NCBI GenBank assembly: GCA_051362555.1
Contig: CM120640.1
Span: 13,392,001 to 13,456,000 of the forward strand
Direction of reading: 5' to 3'
DNA length: 64,000 nt
DNA from: Lingula anatina
Lineage: Eukaryota; Animalia; Brachiopoda
Within the stretch, counting starts at the first letter, position 1, and every line of letters begins with the position of its first letter. The notes under the pieces were generated by a model. The model was not told the origin of the DNA. It searched no databases and saw only the letters and a program-made list of their open reading frames with translations. Positions 13,465-27,384 of the stretch are shown piece after piece. Both the position numbers and the translations under genes were made by a program.

Positions 13465-16400
13465 AAACCTTAAAAAGATCTTTAAATAAAACCGGGTAGA
13501 CCGATTCCATCAACCTTTCCAATAACAGCTTAGGAAAAAAAGCTACACATATTTTCCGAGTTAACAATAACAGGACAAATATACTAATACATACACTGGA
13601 AAAATATAATATATAAGATTGAATTTTTTGCGATTTCTGAAAAGCACTAGTATGATTAATGTGAGTGGTCCCTCTTGCATCGATCTTATTGTCCGCATAT
13701 ATAACCTCTGATCCCCTCCAAGCCCCGTACTAGGCCAAAGATCAAATAAGATGCAGAATCACATCTGTTCTGCTTCACTAGGCCCTAATTCAGCGAATTT
13801 CACCATCAGCAGTTTCTGCCAATATAATCTGAGCAAGTGTAATAGTACAATGCCCCTGTCCTCGGGTGTGATATGCATTATTTTGCCCGGTTTTTCACAT
13901 TTTGATTCAGCATGAACGATTCTTTGTTCATAGGAAGTAAGACGAGAAATGAGGTCAAATTTTCGTAGGCACGTGGGCCATGCTCAATTTGATCAAGCAG
14001 TGAACGTGTGTGAAATGCCCGAACCAAATCGATATCGCCCCAAGGCAAAACTGAGATCTATAATACATGTAGAATGCCAATACTTTTCTGGAAATATTAA
14101 AGACGATTAAGGCTTGTATAAAATTTAGCTCTCTGCATATGACCAGTCGATTAAACGTAGGAAAAATACTGATATATTCCGTAGATATCTTCTGTTCACT
14201 TACGCCGACTAAAGTTAAAGTAAAATGGCATGTGGTTAACAAATAAGCCTATGTATCTGTTCTACCACTGGAAGACAGCCGTTACGCTAGTCTTAACAGA
14301 TTACACTGCTTATTTCACGCAATTTTGTCATGCTAAAATTTCTTTTACGCCTTTTTTTTTTTGAGCTAAACTATAAGAGCCAAATCCATGCTATCGGATT
14401 CATTGCATGTTACTAAGGTGATTTTATTCACTTCCTCTCTCTCTCTTCGTAGGTCTTTTGATTTATGGTTTTGTATCACGGAGAGGTCTCGCCTCGGAGA
14501 TATATAAACAGAAGCTAATGCTTTGTGCTTTGAGGACCTGAGAATACCAAACCCATGAATATTTTACGTGAAATCCCTACCGCGATTTTCTAAATGCTGA
14601 TTCTGATAACATCTTTGAGATTGCCGTAGATAAAAGCTAGTCTAAAGTGTTAATACATGCCATCATTTATTTCATTTAAGAACCAAGACAGTGTCTGAGA
14701 AAATCGATCCATGGGGTGGTTAGCAAACCCTTAATGAACAATTCCTTCGTGTCCGGCTCATTCTGCCATTCATCTCGACCTCTGTACCCAGTGTATAAGC
14801 AAAAAGTTCTGTTTTATTCTCTGACATTAATCTGTATATTTTTATCACAAACTTAGCTTTCTGTTTCGAAAGCCACGGTCTTATTATTTTAAGTGCTTAG
14901 CATAACTACAGTTGGAGATTACATGAATGTCTGCGCAAGTCAACTATGCCTGGTCCAAATTCGTGTTTTTTTCCCACAAAGAACGTTTTGTAGTATTAAG
15001 GGAAAAGGTAATAAAGCTCCCAAAGAGAAATAATCACTGTTGGCAAACCACCTCTGTGTTGACGTGCAGAGCAGACAAATACCCACAATACGGGGCGAGA
15101 AAAGGTGAAGATGCATGGTTGAATTGCAAAAACAAAACAACAATAATATGCATTTGCAGGTATATTGTGATACTGAATAATGGAGGCCATTGCTTGTTTG
15201 CTTGCTGCTGTATTTACGTAGTTTTATAAAGGAAAGTTGCGTAAAATGATCTCATGGCTGATCGCGACCTTAATAGAACTCGCGAAATACGACGTTGGCT
15301 CTACAAAGTAATAAAAGCGCTCTAATTTTGGTGTATCACGGTAATATTTCACATAGAACGGCCGTCTGGTTAATATGAAAGACTCCGAGCGTGAGAAGTA
15401 ATTGCGCGATTGATTCTCCCATTATGATAATCTCTCGACTCGAGTCTACAGTAAAATTATGGAGTGTCAATGAGAGAGGCTTAGCTAATCTTTAAAAAGG
15501 AAACTCTTGCAGTCCAAACCTCTACGTTAAACGCCGGCTATATTCTCATATTTTCCCGTTATAGCCTTATCTATAATTGACCAGATATATGAATTCCTAT
15601 CTGAAATTGACCCTGTCAAATATCTTATGTTTAAGTCACTGTTTAATAGAAACCATCTCTATACGCCAGAATACAGCGGAGATGGCTAAGAATAGATAAA
15701 TAACAACCGAATGAAAGGGCATTGAAGCTAAAGGTACTTTTGCAAGTCAGTGAACGGGGCATCCAAAAGGCGAATATGAAATTTGGAAAATAATGATAAT
15801 CGGGTGATCAGTGACACGACTCCATGTGCCACTGAAAAATCTACTGGAAAATAATGAAACCAGACTGAAGGGTTATGTGTATTGGTATTATGTTGGGCAA
15901 AAGTAAACCTGGGAGGTTAAGCTAAAGGAGAACCGGTATGTAAACATCATATTTACAAATCTATATTACCTTCATATAGCACAAGTATGTGAGTTTGTAT
16001 ACATCGACTAATAACATTTCATCACTACACATATACAATTGAAATTTAAAGGCTGGATCGGTGTTAGATACGTACCTTTATATACTAGCAGAGACAGCAA
16101 CAGTGTTAATATCACAAGTAAGTGTTCCATCCTGTGTGGAAATGACATGTTTTCCTACAGTTCCCACCCCTGCGTCGTTCAAACATGTCTCTAGCCAAGT
16201 ACTCCAGTTCACTTTGTGGGCCGACTTCAGACCAATCGCGCACCTGAATCAAGGCAGCAGCCTGGCTACCTAGACGAACGCGCACGCAGGTATCCTATTC
16301 CTTTCCTTAATAAATCTTAAGCCACAGCGTGTTGGTGTATTAATGTTAACATGGCAAGCGGCTTAAATATCCCCACAATGGTACCTTTTCTAGTTTGTAT

Positions 16401-19400
16401 TACTCTGTTTTTCCATGTGCATAACTATTTCCTTCAAGGAATGGATCTGGATTATCCTAACATCGGGTAGGATTACTTTATCTTTTTTCTTCGATTCGCA
16501 TGCAATACAGTCTTAACGTCAAATAGTTGCAAAAGAGTCGCCCCGTCTTCACTGGGCCGAATGCTTCAATCCAACATTTGTCAATAACAGCATCTCAGCC
16601 AATCAAAGACATGTTTACTTATTAGACCGCAATAGGCGCATTAGGCATTAAGGGCCGTCTTTCCTGCTGAATTGTCCCCGTGGAAGTGGCCCAAAGGTAT
16701 TCGATTACTAATTTAGTAACTCTAATTATGCATGCTTCTGTAAAAATCTGTTTACATTTGATGCTTACTTAAATATGTCGAACTTACAAAGTCATGTGGA
16801 AAAATTGTGAAACACAGGGAAAGGGAATAACATGCATGTACTCGGTTTAATTGCGTGGATTAATGACGTATTTTTTCATTATTTTTTTTTACTTTTAAAT
16901 TTCTTGTTAACTTAATGTTGGGATACCTTTCAAAATAGAAAAACACGACTTACATAGACCCAATTGATAAAGAAAGACTATAAAATATAAAATGCTTCTA
17001 TTAATATTAACACTGCTTGTGTAGTGTAATTTTTTCGTCCTGAAATTAGAGCAAATCAACGACGGTACTGAAGCAAGTGCATGTACAAACAGCTAATTAA
17101 TAAATGACTGGTTAAAAAATTATAGCGTTCGAAGTTCCTTAGTAATGAATCAGTTCTGAGCATTCTGACCACACTTGGCAAAGAAGAAAAAAGAATTGAT
17201 GTGTATCAAATCAGTAACCACCGTTTGATGCCTGGCATCTAATAAGCTGGTAGGAAAACCGTGAAGGCGATCGAATGGTGTTTGCTTGAAATGCATAGTC
17301 GAAAGTTTCAGTGTACAGGCACGTGGACCCCCTCCCCTACCCTATCATGTATCCGGTTTGGATCTCCAGAAGGTGCAGTATGTTCAGATTGAGGACTTAG
17401 ATGGACCAGTATATTCCAAGTGTATTTATAAAGTTTTAGTATTTGGTCGTAACGGTATGTCCTAGCATTAGAGTGGTCGTCGGTATACACCCCCTCCAGT
17501 TATAAACATATCGAGGATAAAAAGCCTGCTTGCCAATTGCAAAGATAGAAGCAAATTATTTATGCTACTCTAATTTATAATTAAAATCAGCAATTAAATT
17601 ACAAATTGGAAATTCTTCTTGTTACAAATATGTGATGATTGTTTATAATATCAATATTTAATCCACTTTTATGGAGCACCGTTCAATAAAATGTCACATT
17701 CTGTATAAAATTCTATTCTTATTTTCTATCCTAATGCAAACTGACTTAGACAACTTAAATTTGATAAGGAAGAAATAAGCCCTGTATAGCGTGGTTCCGG
17801 CCACACGCACACAGTACACGGAACAGAACAGTCGCGCCTGCTTTACAACACTGATGTATACAGAGGCATATCCCTTGCCAAATCAATAGTTTGGAGAACC
17901 AGGGGCTGCCAACAGATGTTTCCTTTTCATTAATGAGCAAGCACTTTAAATAAGAGGCCCTTGATAATATATTTAAATGAATGTAAACATATTCGTCGGG
18001 TATTGAGTTTTGGCTATTGAATTTTAAGAATGGAGTTACGTTTTCTCACATTCTTGTCAAAGGTAATGTGTGAGGAGTTATGGAAGATTTAAAAAAATAT
18101 TTACAGAGCCTTCGTCAGGGCTGCAATTTTCCCAGCATTCTGCAATATTTCTGAACGAGCAGCATTCGATAAGAGAGCGCCTTATCATAATGGAAATCAT
18201 ATTCCTTTAAAAAAATATTCAACGGCCAACCTCGGGGAGCAAGCCACAGCTCACAGCAATTTACCGCCAGTGTGTTGTTTTGGAAGTGATAGTATATGAT
18301 GTGTTTTGGCAATTACACTTCTGTCGTCTCTCCTCATCTTACTACGTCTGATTACAGTTTTGCATCGTTTTCAATCAACAGAACTGTCAATACCTTCCGA
18401 TATCCCAAATCCCAAGAAAGCAGAGCATCAAAAGCATTGAGAGGGGCCATTGCACTGGTCACATTGTATGATTCGAGGATACGAGGCAATGAACCCTCAC
18501 TGACAGTGTGCGCCTGATGGAGCAAATAAAATAAGGCTAAGTTAGAGTGCAGACCAGTGCTAACTGCCATTTAAATATCCATATAAATCAAAAACTCCAA
18601 GGGGAGAACAGTCAGTGTTCATGCAAGTATGTCAGGAAATTTTAAGAACCGATGGAGCAGTATATGAATACGGAGAAATATGGAGGCAGAAAAAATGCTG
18701 TAAAATATTATTCTGGGACAATCCCCCGGATACACACCGAGCAATCACATCCCCTGGACATTCCCAATACCCGGGTGATGTAATAATTTGACCAGAAAAA
18801 CTAATATTTTTCTTTCCAATGTAATATTTGGGGTTTCACCTTGAATTTTGTATGAGTGGAGCGCTTCCTTTGTACATGAGAAAATGAACAGTTTTATCAG
18901 AATAAGTTTAACCAATTCATTGCAGCATACACAAAAACTGTTTTAAGAATGCACAATGTATTTTGTCGTTTTCAAAACTAGCGCAGTACACGTTTTTGTT
19001 GTGTTAATGCAACACGAAGTAACTTTCATACTGGAATGACTTGAAAAGGGTATGAATAGGCCTACCTAGAGTAATTTCACCTGTACAAACGGACCTCTTT
19101 TATTTTTTGTTCTTTTTTTTTTTTTTGTTTTTGTTTTTTGTTTTGTTTGTCTGTTTCAAAATGTTTTGTAGCAAGCTATGTTACAGTAAGGCTTGTCTAA
19201 AGACTGATTGATATATTGAAATTGGGTGAGTAGCAATAGTCTTGATACTGCAAATATACCTCGTTTTGCTTTAAAATGGGTCCATCTTTTCAAAGTTTTC
19301 CCTACCCTACAGAAGTGTTACCGCGCTGAAATTATCTTTTAAAATGCTAATATATCGTCATGCAAACCGAGATGCCACTTCGAATGTCAGAAAACTCGAT

Positions 19401-22400
19401 AGAGTGGCAACGTTTATATATCTTGGCGGAGAAAACACATTTCAGCATAAACGGAATACCAGTATTCTGCAGTAGATACATACATGAAGTGAGATATTGA
19501 TGATAGCAGCTGCCTGAAGGATATGAGCAGAAAATAGCTAAAAAATTATTAGTTCTTGGTTTGTTTTTACCTGCGAATGCACACATGCCATTTTATTGCG
19601 GATATTATTGCGGTATCACTGTTTCCTGAGTATATTTCTCGCTACACAGTGTCAACATTGTATCGGTGAAAATGCAAAACAAGCTGTTTGCAACAAAAAT
19701 TAACATAAATGATAATTTGGAATAAGGAGTTATTTCTTTTTTTTTTTATTATATGGTTTCTATTTTCCCACTTCTGACTATTCTACAATTATGCACTTTT
19801 GTTGTTATTTTTCGTTTATGATGGAGGTTATATAGTGGCTTATCTAATTAACAAATCAATTATAATGGCGCCAAAAGCATTCCTATAAGACCAAAATGTC
19901 AACCTACGCCAGAGGATAGTCTTTAAATGAGAACATTTAATTAAGTTAACATTGGAAATAAGACCCTAATTTCTCCAACGTGTTAACAATTGTCCACGAG
20001 AATCACAACCTTGATTTAAGCAAAAGAAGCGGGTAATATAAGATTGGGTCCACCAAATGCTGATATTTCTTCCTCGTTGCAGTTCTCCACATTGTGCTTT
20101 CTTTTCATGTCATCCAATTACCTTTGTAGAGAGAGGGGGGATTATCGTGCTATGCTCAATATGTCAACTTTTACGTGTAAACGATGGCACATGGTAAACA
20201 GACCCTGATTTTATATTCATGCTAGTTTGGTTAATAAAACCGTTCACAACATGTTTATATTTAGAACAAGTTAGATTAATACTGGTATTGGCTAACACCA
20301 GGATTGCCATAAACCCTGCATGCGGATTGACATTGGCAGTAAAGAGTGCTCTTACACGTTGCATCAATTTTTTTTTATCTCCTGTACAAAAATTACATTA
20401 TGCGGCTTTAAACAAGAAGTCCTCATACTCATACGCGTTTTTTTTTCTACAGGACAAGACCAGTAGTCTATTAGTAATTAAATGTCAAAATACCAAACCT
20501 AGATATTGATTTCAGCAGGTCGATAAAGCTGTCACTTCATCGTAGTGTCTGTCATCAGACGAAGTATGAAAAAGAAACAGTTGAATGTCCAGCTTAATGC
20601 CATATAGAATTTGGATATATTTCCCTAGAGTATTTGGAAATTTGGTCCAAAATCTGGGTTCAATGGAAAAATAGTCACTGAGATAGCGGCACGTGCTGCC
20701 AGTGTCAGGTAGATAAGAAGAAACAGTTGATTGATATTTCTAGCCACGGTATGTTTGAGCGAGAACGGGCTGGGCGTGCACCATGTGACCTAAGTAGCAA
20801 TGCCAATATATAATACCCCCGAAGTCCTCGTTAAATTGTTCAAATTTGCCAGAACCGCGTTAGCTTTCTCACAGAGTCAACTAAGAAAGGAGTATCAGTA
20901 CTTTAACGGACTTCTCTCGAGCATTTTTAATCTATTTTGAAACCCTGAGTCGAAGACGTTTTACTCGATAGAAAAATTCGCACCCTTCCAGCGAGATGAG
21001 TTCGCTTGAATAGTTTTCACGCGATTCGCTGCGGGGAAGCCTGCAGCTGACGCTTAATCCAGCCGCATGTATCTTCTCAAGCCTTTATTGCTGCTGCAAC
21101 AGCTCAGTAAATAAAACAGTTTGTGTTCTATCGACGCCTTGTTGAATTAGTCAGCGGCTAGCAAAGCCTTTGCCCGACGGTAGCAAGTGTATCGAACGTT
21201 CGAAATCGACCACATTTAATGTACAACCGGGGCGAAGTGCTGCTAACATTGTTACGTGGCGATTTTCTTCATCACCCACTCTTAGAGAAGTCACAGCTAG
21301 ATTGTTCTACAAAATTGAACATATACCTTCCCTACATCTGTGGTCGTTGTTCTCTCATTGCTGTGAGAGATATTTTCTTATCATACTCACTTTGTGGGAA
21401 TAATACAGAATAAAACATGCTTATCGTTTAACGATTTCCTCTCTGTGTAACACATCAAGGTTATTTTTTCTGTTCTGGGCGAAGTGTTTTTACTCAATAA
21501 AAACGATTCCATATTCGTGTAAATGTTTTATTCTAAGCAGCAATTGCCAATTTTGTCAATCAAAACTTTTACGCAGTTCTGAATGGATGATTATTTAACA
21601 TGTGTGATAACCTTTGAGGGACTATTTTGACTGCACCAGTAATGAGTACCAATAAAGCTCGTTATCTTCACGGCATCGGCTTTTACTCATTTTTCTTGTT
21701 CGGCAAATTACGTTCCGTACAATAAGCTAAGAAAACAGAGAGAGTGGTGTGTGGCTTCGTGTATCTGGTGGCTGTACAAAATGAACACTGCTTCGCCTAC
21801 CATTAGGTGGTATTCTGTATTGGAATGCGGTAAATCGTTAAAATGCACCGTGTAAATATTTTGATGAATTTGTGCATTGTGGATTTGTACATTTGTACCA
21901 GTGTGGGTTGGGATGCAGTTTTTGTCAGAAATGAGATGTTGTGAACTTGGAACCACTATGTAGTGGTGGCCATAAAAATGTCAGTGCTATCTTCAGACAG
22001 TATATTCATTCTACAACGTTACTAAATCTACTGTGTGGAAATACCGCATCCTGAACAGCGAACTTATTTGATAAAAAAAAAGAACGAGATGGAAAAGAAC
22101 ACCTTCATTCATAAATAATCAGAATGGTACATTTTTAATGAAGTTGTGATTGCTTTCTTCGGATGTTAAGAAAATAAGACACCCCACTCAAATTTAACAA
22201 GATACAACTTCGTTAAAATGGTAACAAACGCAATCTATGGTAACACCGGGATCTCACCAAACGCATTCATATACAGCTCCATTCCTCACAGCACAATACT
22301 CGCAACATCTCAAAAAAAAATCCAACAGTACGCGTACATCATAGATTTCACTACGGTTTAAATAACTCAAAAGCATTCTAATTTATTACATGAATATATA

Positions 22401-23617
22401 AAATAAATGTCCCTTTTGTAGAGTAGATATTCACAGACATTCGCAAATATTCCATATATAAATGATTAGACATACACATACAGAGAAAACATAAGTGCAT
22501 TTTGTCCGAATATAAAAATAGCAAAGTAAATTGGCTAGACGATTGATATATTTCACGACATTTGAAGTGAATGTATAACATCTGGGTTGTCGTTGAATAC
22601 ATCAAATTTGGGGCACTAAATATTCACAAGGTAATAAATATACATTTTCCATTTAGTAGCACCAATGCTCAGTAATATTGAATATCATCATATGCAATGG
22701 TCGCCGGTGCTCCATAGTTACATTTATACCTAAAAAGTTATCGTCCCTACCGACCCAAACACGGTTGGCATCAACTGCAGTCTATGAATACAGTCATTAG
22801 GTTGAGCAAAAATACAATGTATTATAGGCGTAACAAGGGAAAGCCGTCCCATACCCCTTTTCCAAAATGACACAAACTTTAACTTTTAGCAAAAGAGAAG
22901 AAAGACATACTTTGAAGAATGGGAGCATCCCATCCTCCCCCCTAGATAGCCCGGATCCACCGGATGCAGTACGCAGTGGTGGTAACAGAGTCCGTGTCAA
23001 GATCGAATTTTCTTCATTGTCTTTTGTACAGGCTGTTGCCTTGTTACTTATACACCGATTCCATAGACGACAAAACAATACAGAGTCAGTGCAAAAGCGG
23101 TATTCGCATGATAACTTTATATGAATTGTCGATTATACAGTATTTAACTTGGAAGGATGAAGTGATTTTTTCTTCAGTCAACAGCTTAATATTGAAATAG
23201 TTCACTCCAATATCTGACTTACAGTTAAGCTGGGTTTTTTATCTTAGATACTAAATTAAAAACTGCATACTGAGAGCATTCCATCTTTCTAGTCAACGTA
23301 TCTGGAGAGTCAAGCGAACTTTTAGTACTTTTGCTTCTTTATAAACGTTCACCTCTAGGTGTAACTTAACGCCAAACAATTCTAGCACTTCGGCACTAAG
23401 GTTATTTTCCAGATGTAATGTGCATCTGCTATTCAAGATGGACTGCGCTACTTTTTTTTCCTAACTGAAAATCGTATCTTTCTTGTGTGACCGCACCATA
23501 CGCATATTGGGGCTTGTAACATGTCAACGACAACGACCACTATTGTCGGTCCTTTGGTTGAATTTCTGATACCGATTTCAACAATACCTCTTAAGACCAC
23601 TGAAAAACACCTCACCG

Positions 23618-24091
23618 TCAGTCAAACAGGTGAGGAGCAGAGAAAATGATAACACACGTTGATGTCACAGTAAATATGGTAAAGAGCCAAATACATAGTC
23701 TGTCGATGACGCGGGCGGCAAACATCCACTCGCTACGTACTTCTGCAGCTTGCTCTTTCTTTTTCAATTTGTCTGATATGTGTTTGAGCTCCCTATGTAT
23801 ATTACGCAGTTCTATTTTAGTGGCACAGGCATGGGGGTTAGAATGATGTGTTGGTGAGAATCTGATATCATTGTCAACTTTTATTCTGAATGGAGTTCCA
23901 TTGGTTTTGGGAGATCTGATGTGATCGTCATCCATGTCTAAAACGTTCACCAACAAACTTTTGGAAGCACGCTCTTTCATCTCCAGTTCCCGCATATTGC
24001 TTCTTCTGATAATCGCTGCTCTGGTCAGCTCTCTGTCCGGCCTGGTCATTCGAAGAATCCATGCCAGCCATTCACAGATTCCAACTTTTAC
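23618..24091 (-). CDS. CHRNA7-like: Gene B exon 9 (M3-M4 loop, MA helix, M4, stop)
   Basis: Acceptor gatttcag|GTA AAA. VKVGICEWLAWILRMTRP...EWMFAARVIDRLCIWLFTIFTVTSTCVIIFSAPHLFD*. Confidence 0.95.
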   Translation of the reverse strand, partial: VKVGICEWLAWILRMTRPDRELTRAAIIRRSNMRELEMKERASKSLLVNVLDMDDDHIRSPKTNGTPFRIKVDNDIRFSPTHHSNPHACATKIELRNIHRELKHISDKLKKKEQAAEVRSEWMFAARVIDRLCIWLFTIFTVTSTCVIIFSAPHLFD

Positions 24092-24316
24092 CTGAAATCA
24101 TTATCAAACTACCATTTGTTACGTGACCAATGGGACCTTAGTCGAGTGAAGCAGCAGAGTGTTATATTTATAACAAATCCAAAGGCAAGATTCAATATTA
24201 TTAAACTAAGACTATAGAGTAGTATCTCTGAAAACATGGATCTTGAAGTCTGCAGGAATTCGTGTATTTGCGTGACTGCGTTCACACGTTATCATTGCTG
24301 GTTAAAACAGACTCAC

Positions 24317-24426
24317 CCATCTAGGCATCACGTGGGTGTCAGGAGAACGGAAGTGGTAATTAAGTACTAGCACAGTGAATACCACAGATAACGAGCAGAC
24401 GATCATGATGCAGCCAAAATACATGC
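24317..24426 (-). CDS. CHRNA7-like: Gene B exon 8 (M3)
   Basis: 110 nt, ctttcag| ... TGG|gtgagt. (G)MYFGCIMIVCSLSVVFTVLVLNYHFRSPDTHVMPRW. Confidence 0.95.
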
Positions 24427-25564
24427 CTGAAAGTAGAAGAATACGCCCAAATAGGAAGAGCACCGATTTTATTCACATTTGATTACTCATCCATTTATCT
24501 TATCAATTTTTTTTTGTCAAAGATGTGTAAGTCGAGTTGAGCGTGGTAATTGGAAGATCCATTCAAACTTGTATTGGTTTTTCATCTCTTTTTGTTGAGC
24601 GAGCGTTGATTGAAATTGAATATGCGCAGAACACAATTGTCAGATCTAGATAAAACTTATAACTGTAAAATATAGAGTTTCCACTTTAGTCATCTTTGGC
24701 TTCCTCAGAAAAACATACAATTTCCTAGGGATCCCGAAAATGGCTTTATTACACGAAAAAAATTAGTGGAAAATTGTCATTGTTCATATTATAATGTAAC
24801 CTCCCGATGTGTTACATTTTAACTATGTTTTATCACACTAGATGATTAACAGAGGAAAACTATGGATGGATTCGTTGAGACTTCAAAATTTCGTTTCCAT
24901 AATAAATTGTTGCTCCAGTACACTAATAATAGCAAATAGATGATTTTATTTCTTGCTGAGCGCAATTCTTTAAGGGAGACTATGTCGTTTGGGCACTTAA
25001 CAAATACTATAAAGGGCTTAACAAACGGTAGTTCATGTCATGCGTGGGGGGAATTAACAGTAACCCTGCAGCTTTTCTTTATGTGGCCAAGAAACCACTC
25101 AAAGTAAGCCATCATGAAAAAAAAATCAGGCAAATTCGTTATTCCACGTGCTGACCAAAAGAAAAATCAATGGCTTTTACTAATCAAAAAGAAGTTGGCC
25201 ATACTGCTTGCGACCTGAAGCTCTTAGATGGTTGTCAGATGAAGATAACAAAGTCGTTTCTTGTGACGCGCTTTGATGGATCAGGTTTTTTTTCTTCCCG
25301 TTCCAACGGGTATTGGTATGCTTCGCATCAAATAATAAACGCCAAGTTTTTCTTCTTTTTTACAATAAAAACATAAAGATAAAAGGAAATATTTAAACAG
25401 AATTTTGACAAGAAAGATCCTAGGTTTATGTCCAGTTCCAAATCACATGTTCATCTTTGTGACAGTCTCACATTGGAAAATTTTAGATAAACCTCAGTCA
25501 ATTTTAGAATAAATCACAATGGTAAGAGCTATAAGTCCTTTTTGACTATAAAATCTATTTCCTA

Positions 25565-25565
<1 letters not shown>

Positions 25566-25600
<35 letters not shown>
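25566..25600. repeat. (TTA)n microsatellite
   Basis: Run of TTA/ATT trinucleotides in gene B intron 7. Confidence 0.9.
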
Positions 25601-26223
25601 CATTATGACATGTATTATTAGTATCTTATTCATATGAGACGATTCTGAGTTTAAGTCAAAAAACGACGATAACAATTACTACAAAAGTGAAATCAGTGCC
25701 TATCCCATCCGTCGATACAGTTCCCTTGAGGACTCATTCCACTATTTTGTCTATGATGGCCAACTTGACGAGCCAAATCAATCTAAGGTTTTGACTTTAA
25801 TTTTGGACTTAATTCCCCATTCGGAAGAATCAATTAGGTACAAATACTTGGTCACCTGCGCTCCTGTTGTGTAGAATTTTGTATGTTAAACTAAAATTCA
25901 CTCTTTTGAAGAAATGTCCAAATGTAAAAATATACAGGGAAACAGGGAATTATTTATCCATGTGGAAGCTTGTGTTCTTGTTGTAGTTGTTGTTGCTGTT
26001 TTTTTCTTATCTGTTTTTGAATATACATGTACAGTACGGTTGTGACTTATTTGCCTTTTTTATTCAGCAAAAACATTTCTCTTCGACAAATGATGTTTTT
26101 TTTTTTATTAAATGAAGGCCATATCGTTTGTGCGTAAAATAGCAGTGGGTTTAGCGTTTATCAAAATTCTGTCAGATATTTTGTAAAGCAGAGTCTCTTA
26201 TTTGAACTTGATTTCAATCTCAC

Positions 26224-26310
26224 CTATCAATGGGACTGCATCAGATGTAGGCGGCATGGTTTCTGCCACCAACAGTAAGAACACAAACAAAGAAAGCAGC
26301 ATGGTGACAC
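26224..26310 (-). CDS. CHRNA7-like: Gene B exon 7 (M2 pore helix and M2-M3 loop)
   Basis: 87 nt, ctttcag| ... G|gtgaga. (G)VTMLLSLFVFLLLVAETMPPTSDAVPLI(G). Confidence 0.95.
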
Positions 26311-26691
26311 CTGAAAGTAAGTGGCTAGTTTTGTAATACTGATATAAAAATCTAACCATCTGACTAATTAGTGCAGTAAAAACTGTCATGTTATGAATGA
26401 AAATAAAGTGAAGTACTTTAAGTAATTGACAATATTTTTTTCATTTTAACCTTAACAATTTCCTATCTGCAGTAAAAGCACTTCATTGCATCGCCAATAT
26501 CATTTAAAAAAGTTTTCAATCAGCACTTAAATAGCATAAATCCCATCGACAATAAACATACAAGAAAGTCATTCTCATGAAATATGCTGACACATAATGA
26601 ATACAAAGTGATAGCTCATATCATTCCATGCACCAGTGCACAGGTACAGCAGTTATGGAATGCATAGGTATTTTGCCAATTCTAGCCTTAC

Positions 26692-26889
26692 CTAGTGAGA
26701 TCTTTTCACCAGCATCGGGTGGTAAAAGAAATATAAAAAGTGACATTGCGGACAACAGGACACATGGCAAGATGAGGTTGAACCCATAGTACAACGTTCG
26801 CCGACGAATATGGATGGTGTAAGTAACATCGATGTACGGATTATCTGGACAACAATCATACAGAAGGACATTCCGTTTCCCCGGCACGC
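26692..26889 (-). CDS. CHRNA7-like: Gene B alternative exon 6b (loop C, M1, M1-M2 linker; canonical variant)
   Basis: 198 nt, tctcttgtag| ... G|gtaagg, phase 1->1. [65 protein letters not shown]. Confidence 0.93.
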   Translation of the reverse strand, partial: ACRGNGMSFCMIVVQIIRTSMLLTPSIFVGERCTMGSTSSCHVSCCPQCHFLYFFYHPMLVKRSH

Positions 26890-27384
26890 CTACAAGAGAA
26901 CGAGACTCAGTTCTATATACACAGCAATATTAGCCATTACATGCACACATGCAAAGTTCCAGTTTTAAAAGAAACTGAAACATATTTCAGCAAGCACGTG
27001 TATTGCCAGGTGTTGTCGGGAACAAAAGGCAGTGCCCTGATGCAGTGATGCCTAAAACACAAGCATGCAGCCGTGTAACAAGACTAAGCCCATAATATAA
27101 ATAAAAAATGATCACAGAAAAAAAACACTTTTGTTACGTGACTTAAAGGGTGAACGGTGGTAGCTAGGTGACACCCCTCATAAGCCTTTGAAGATATGGA
27201 ACGAAACCGGGGTATGTATCTACTCTAATAAAGTATCAAAATATTTATACTTTACACATGCGCACATGCATACATGCCACTGGGAAAACACGTATCCATT
27301 AAAAAAGGGACGAAACCAAAGATAGTGTGAAGTGGATCATTAAGCTAACTCAGTGGGAAATGGGAAAGTGCGTTGGAAACCTAC

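Noticed and set aside
16351-16470. Plus-strand short ORF with hydrophobic N-terminus (MASGLNIPTMVPFLVCITLFF...)
   Set aside because: No downstream exons or homology; likely chance in AT-rich DNA.
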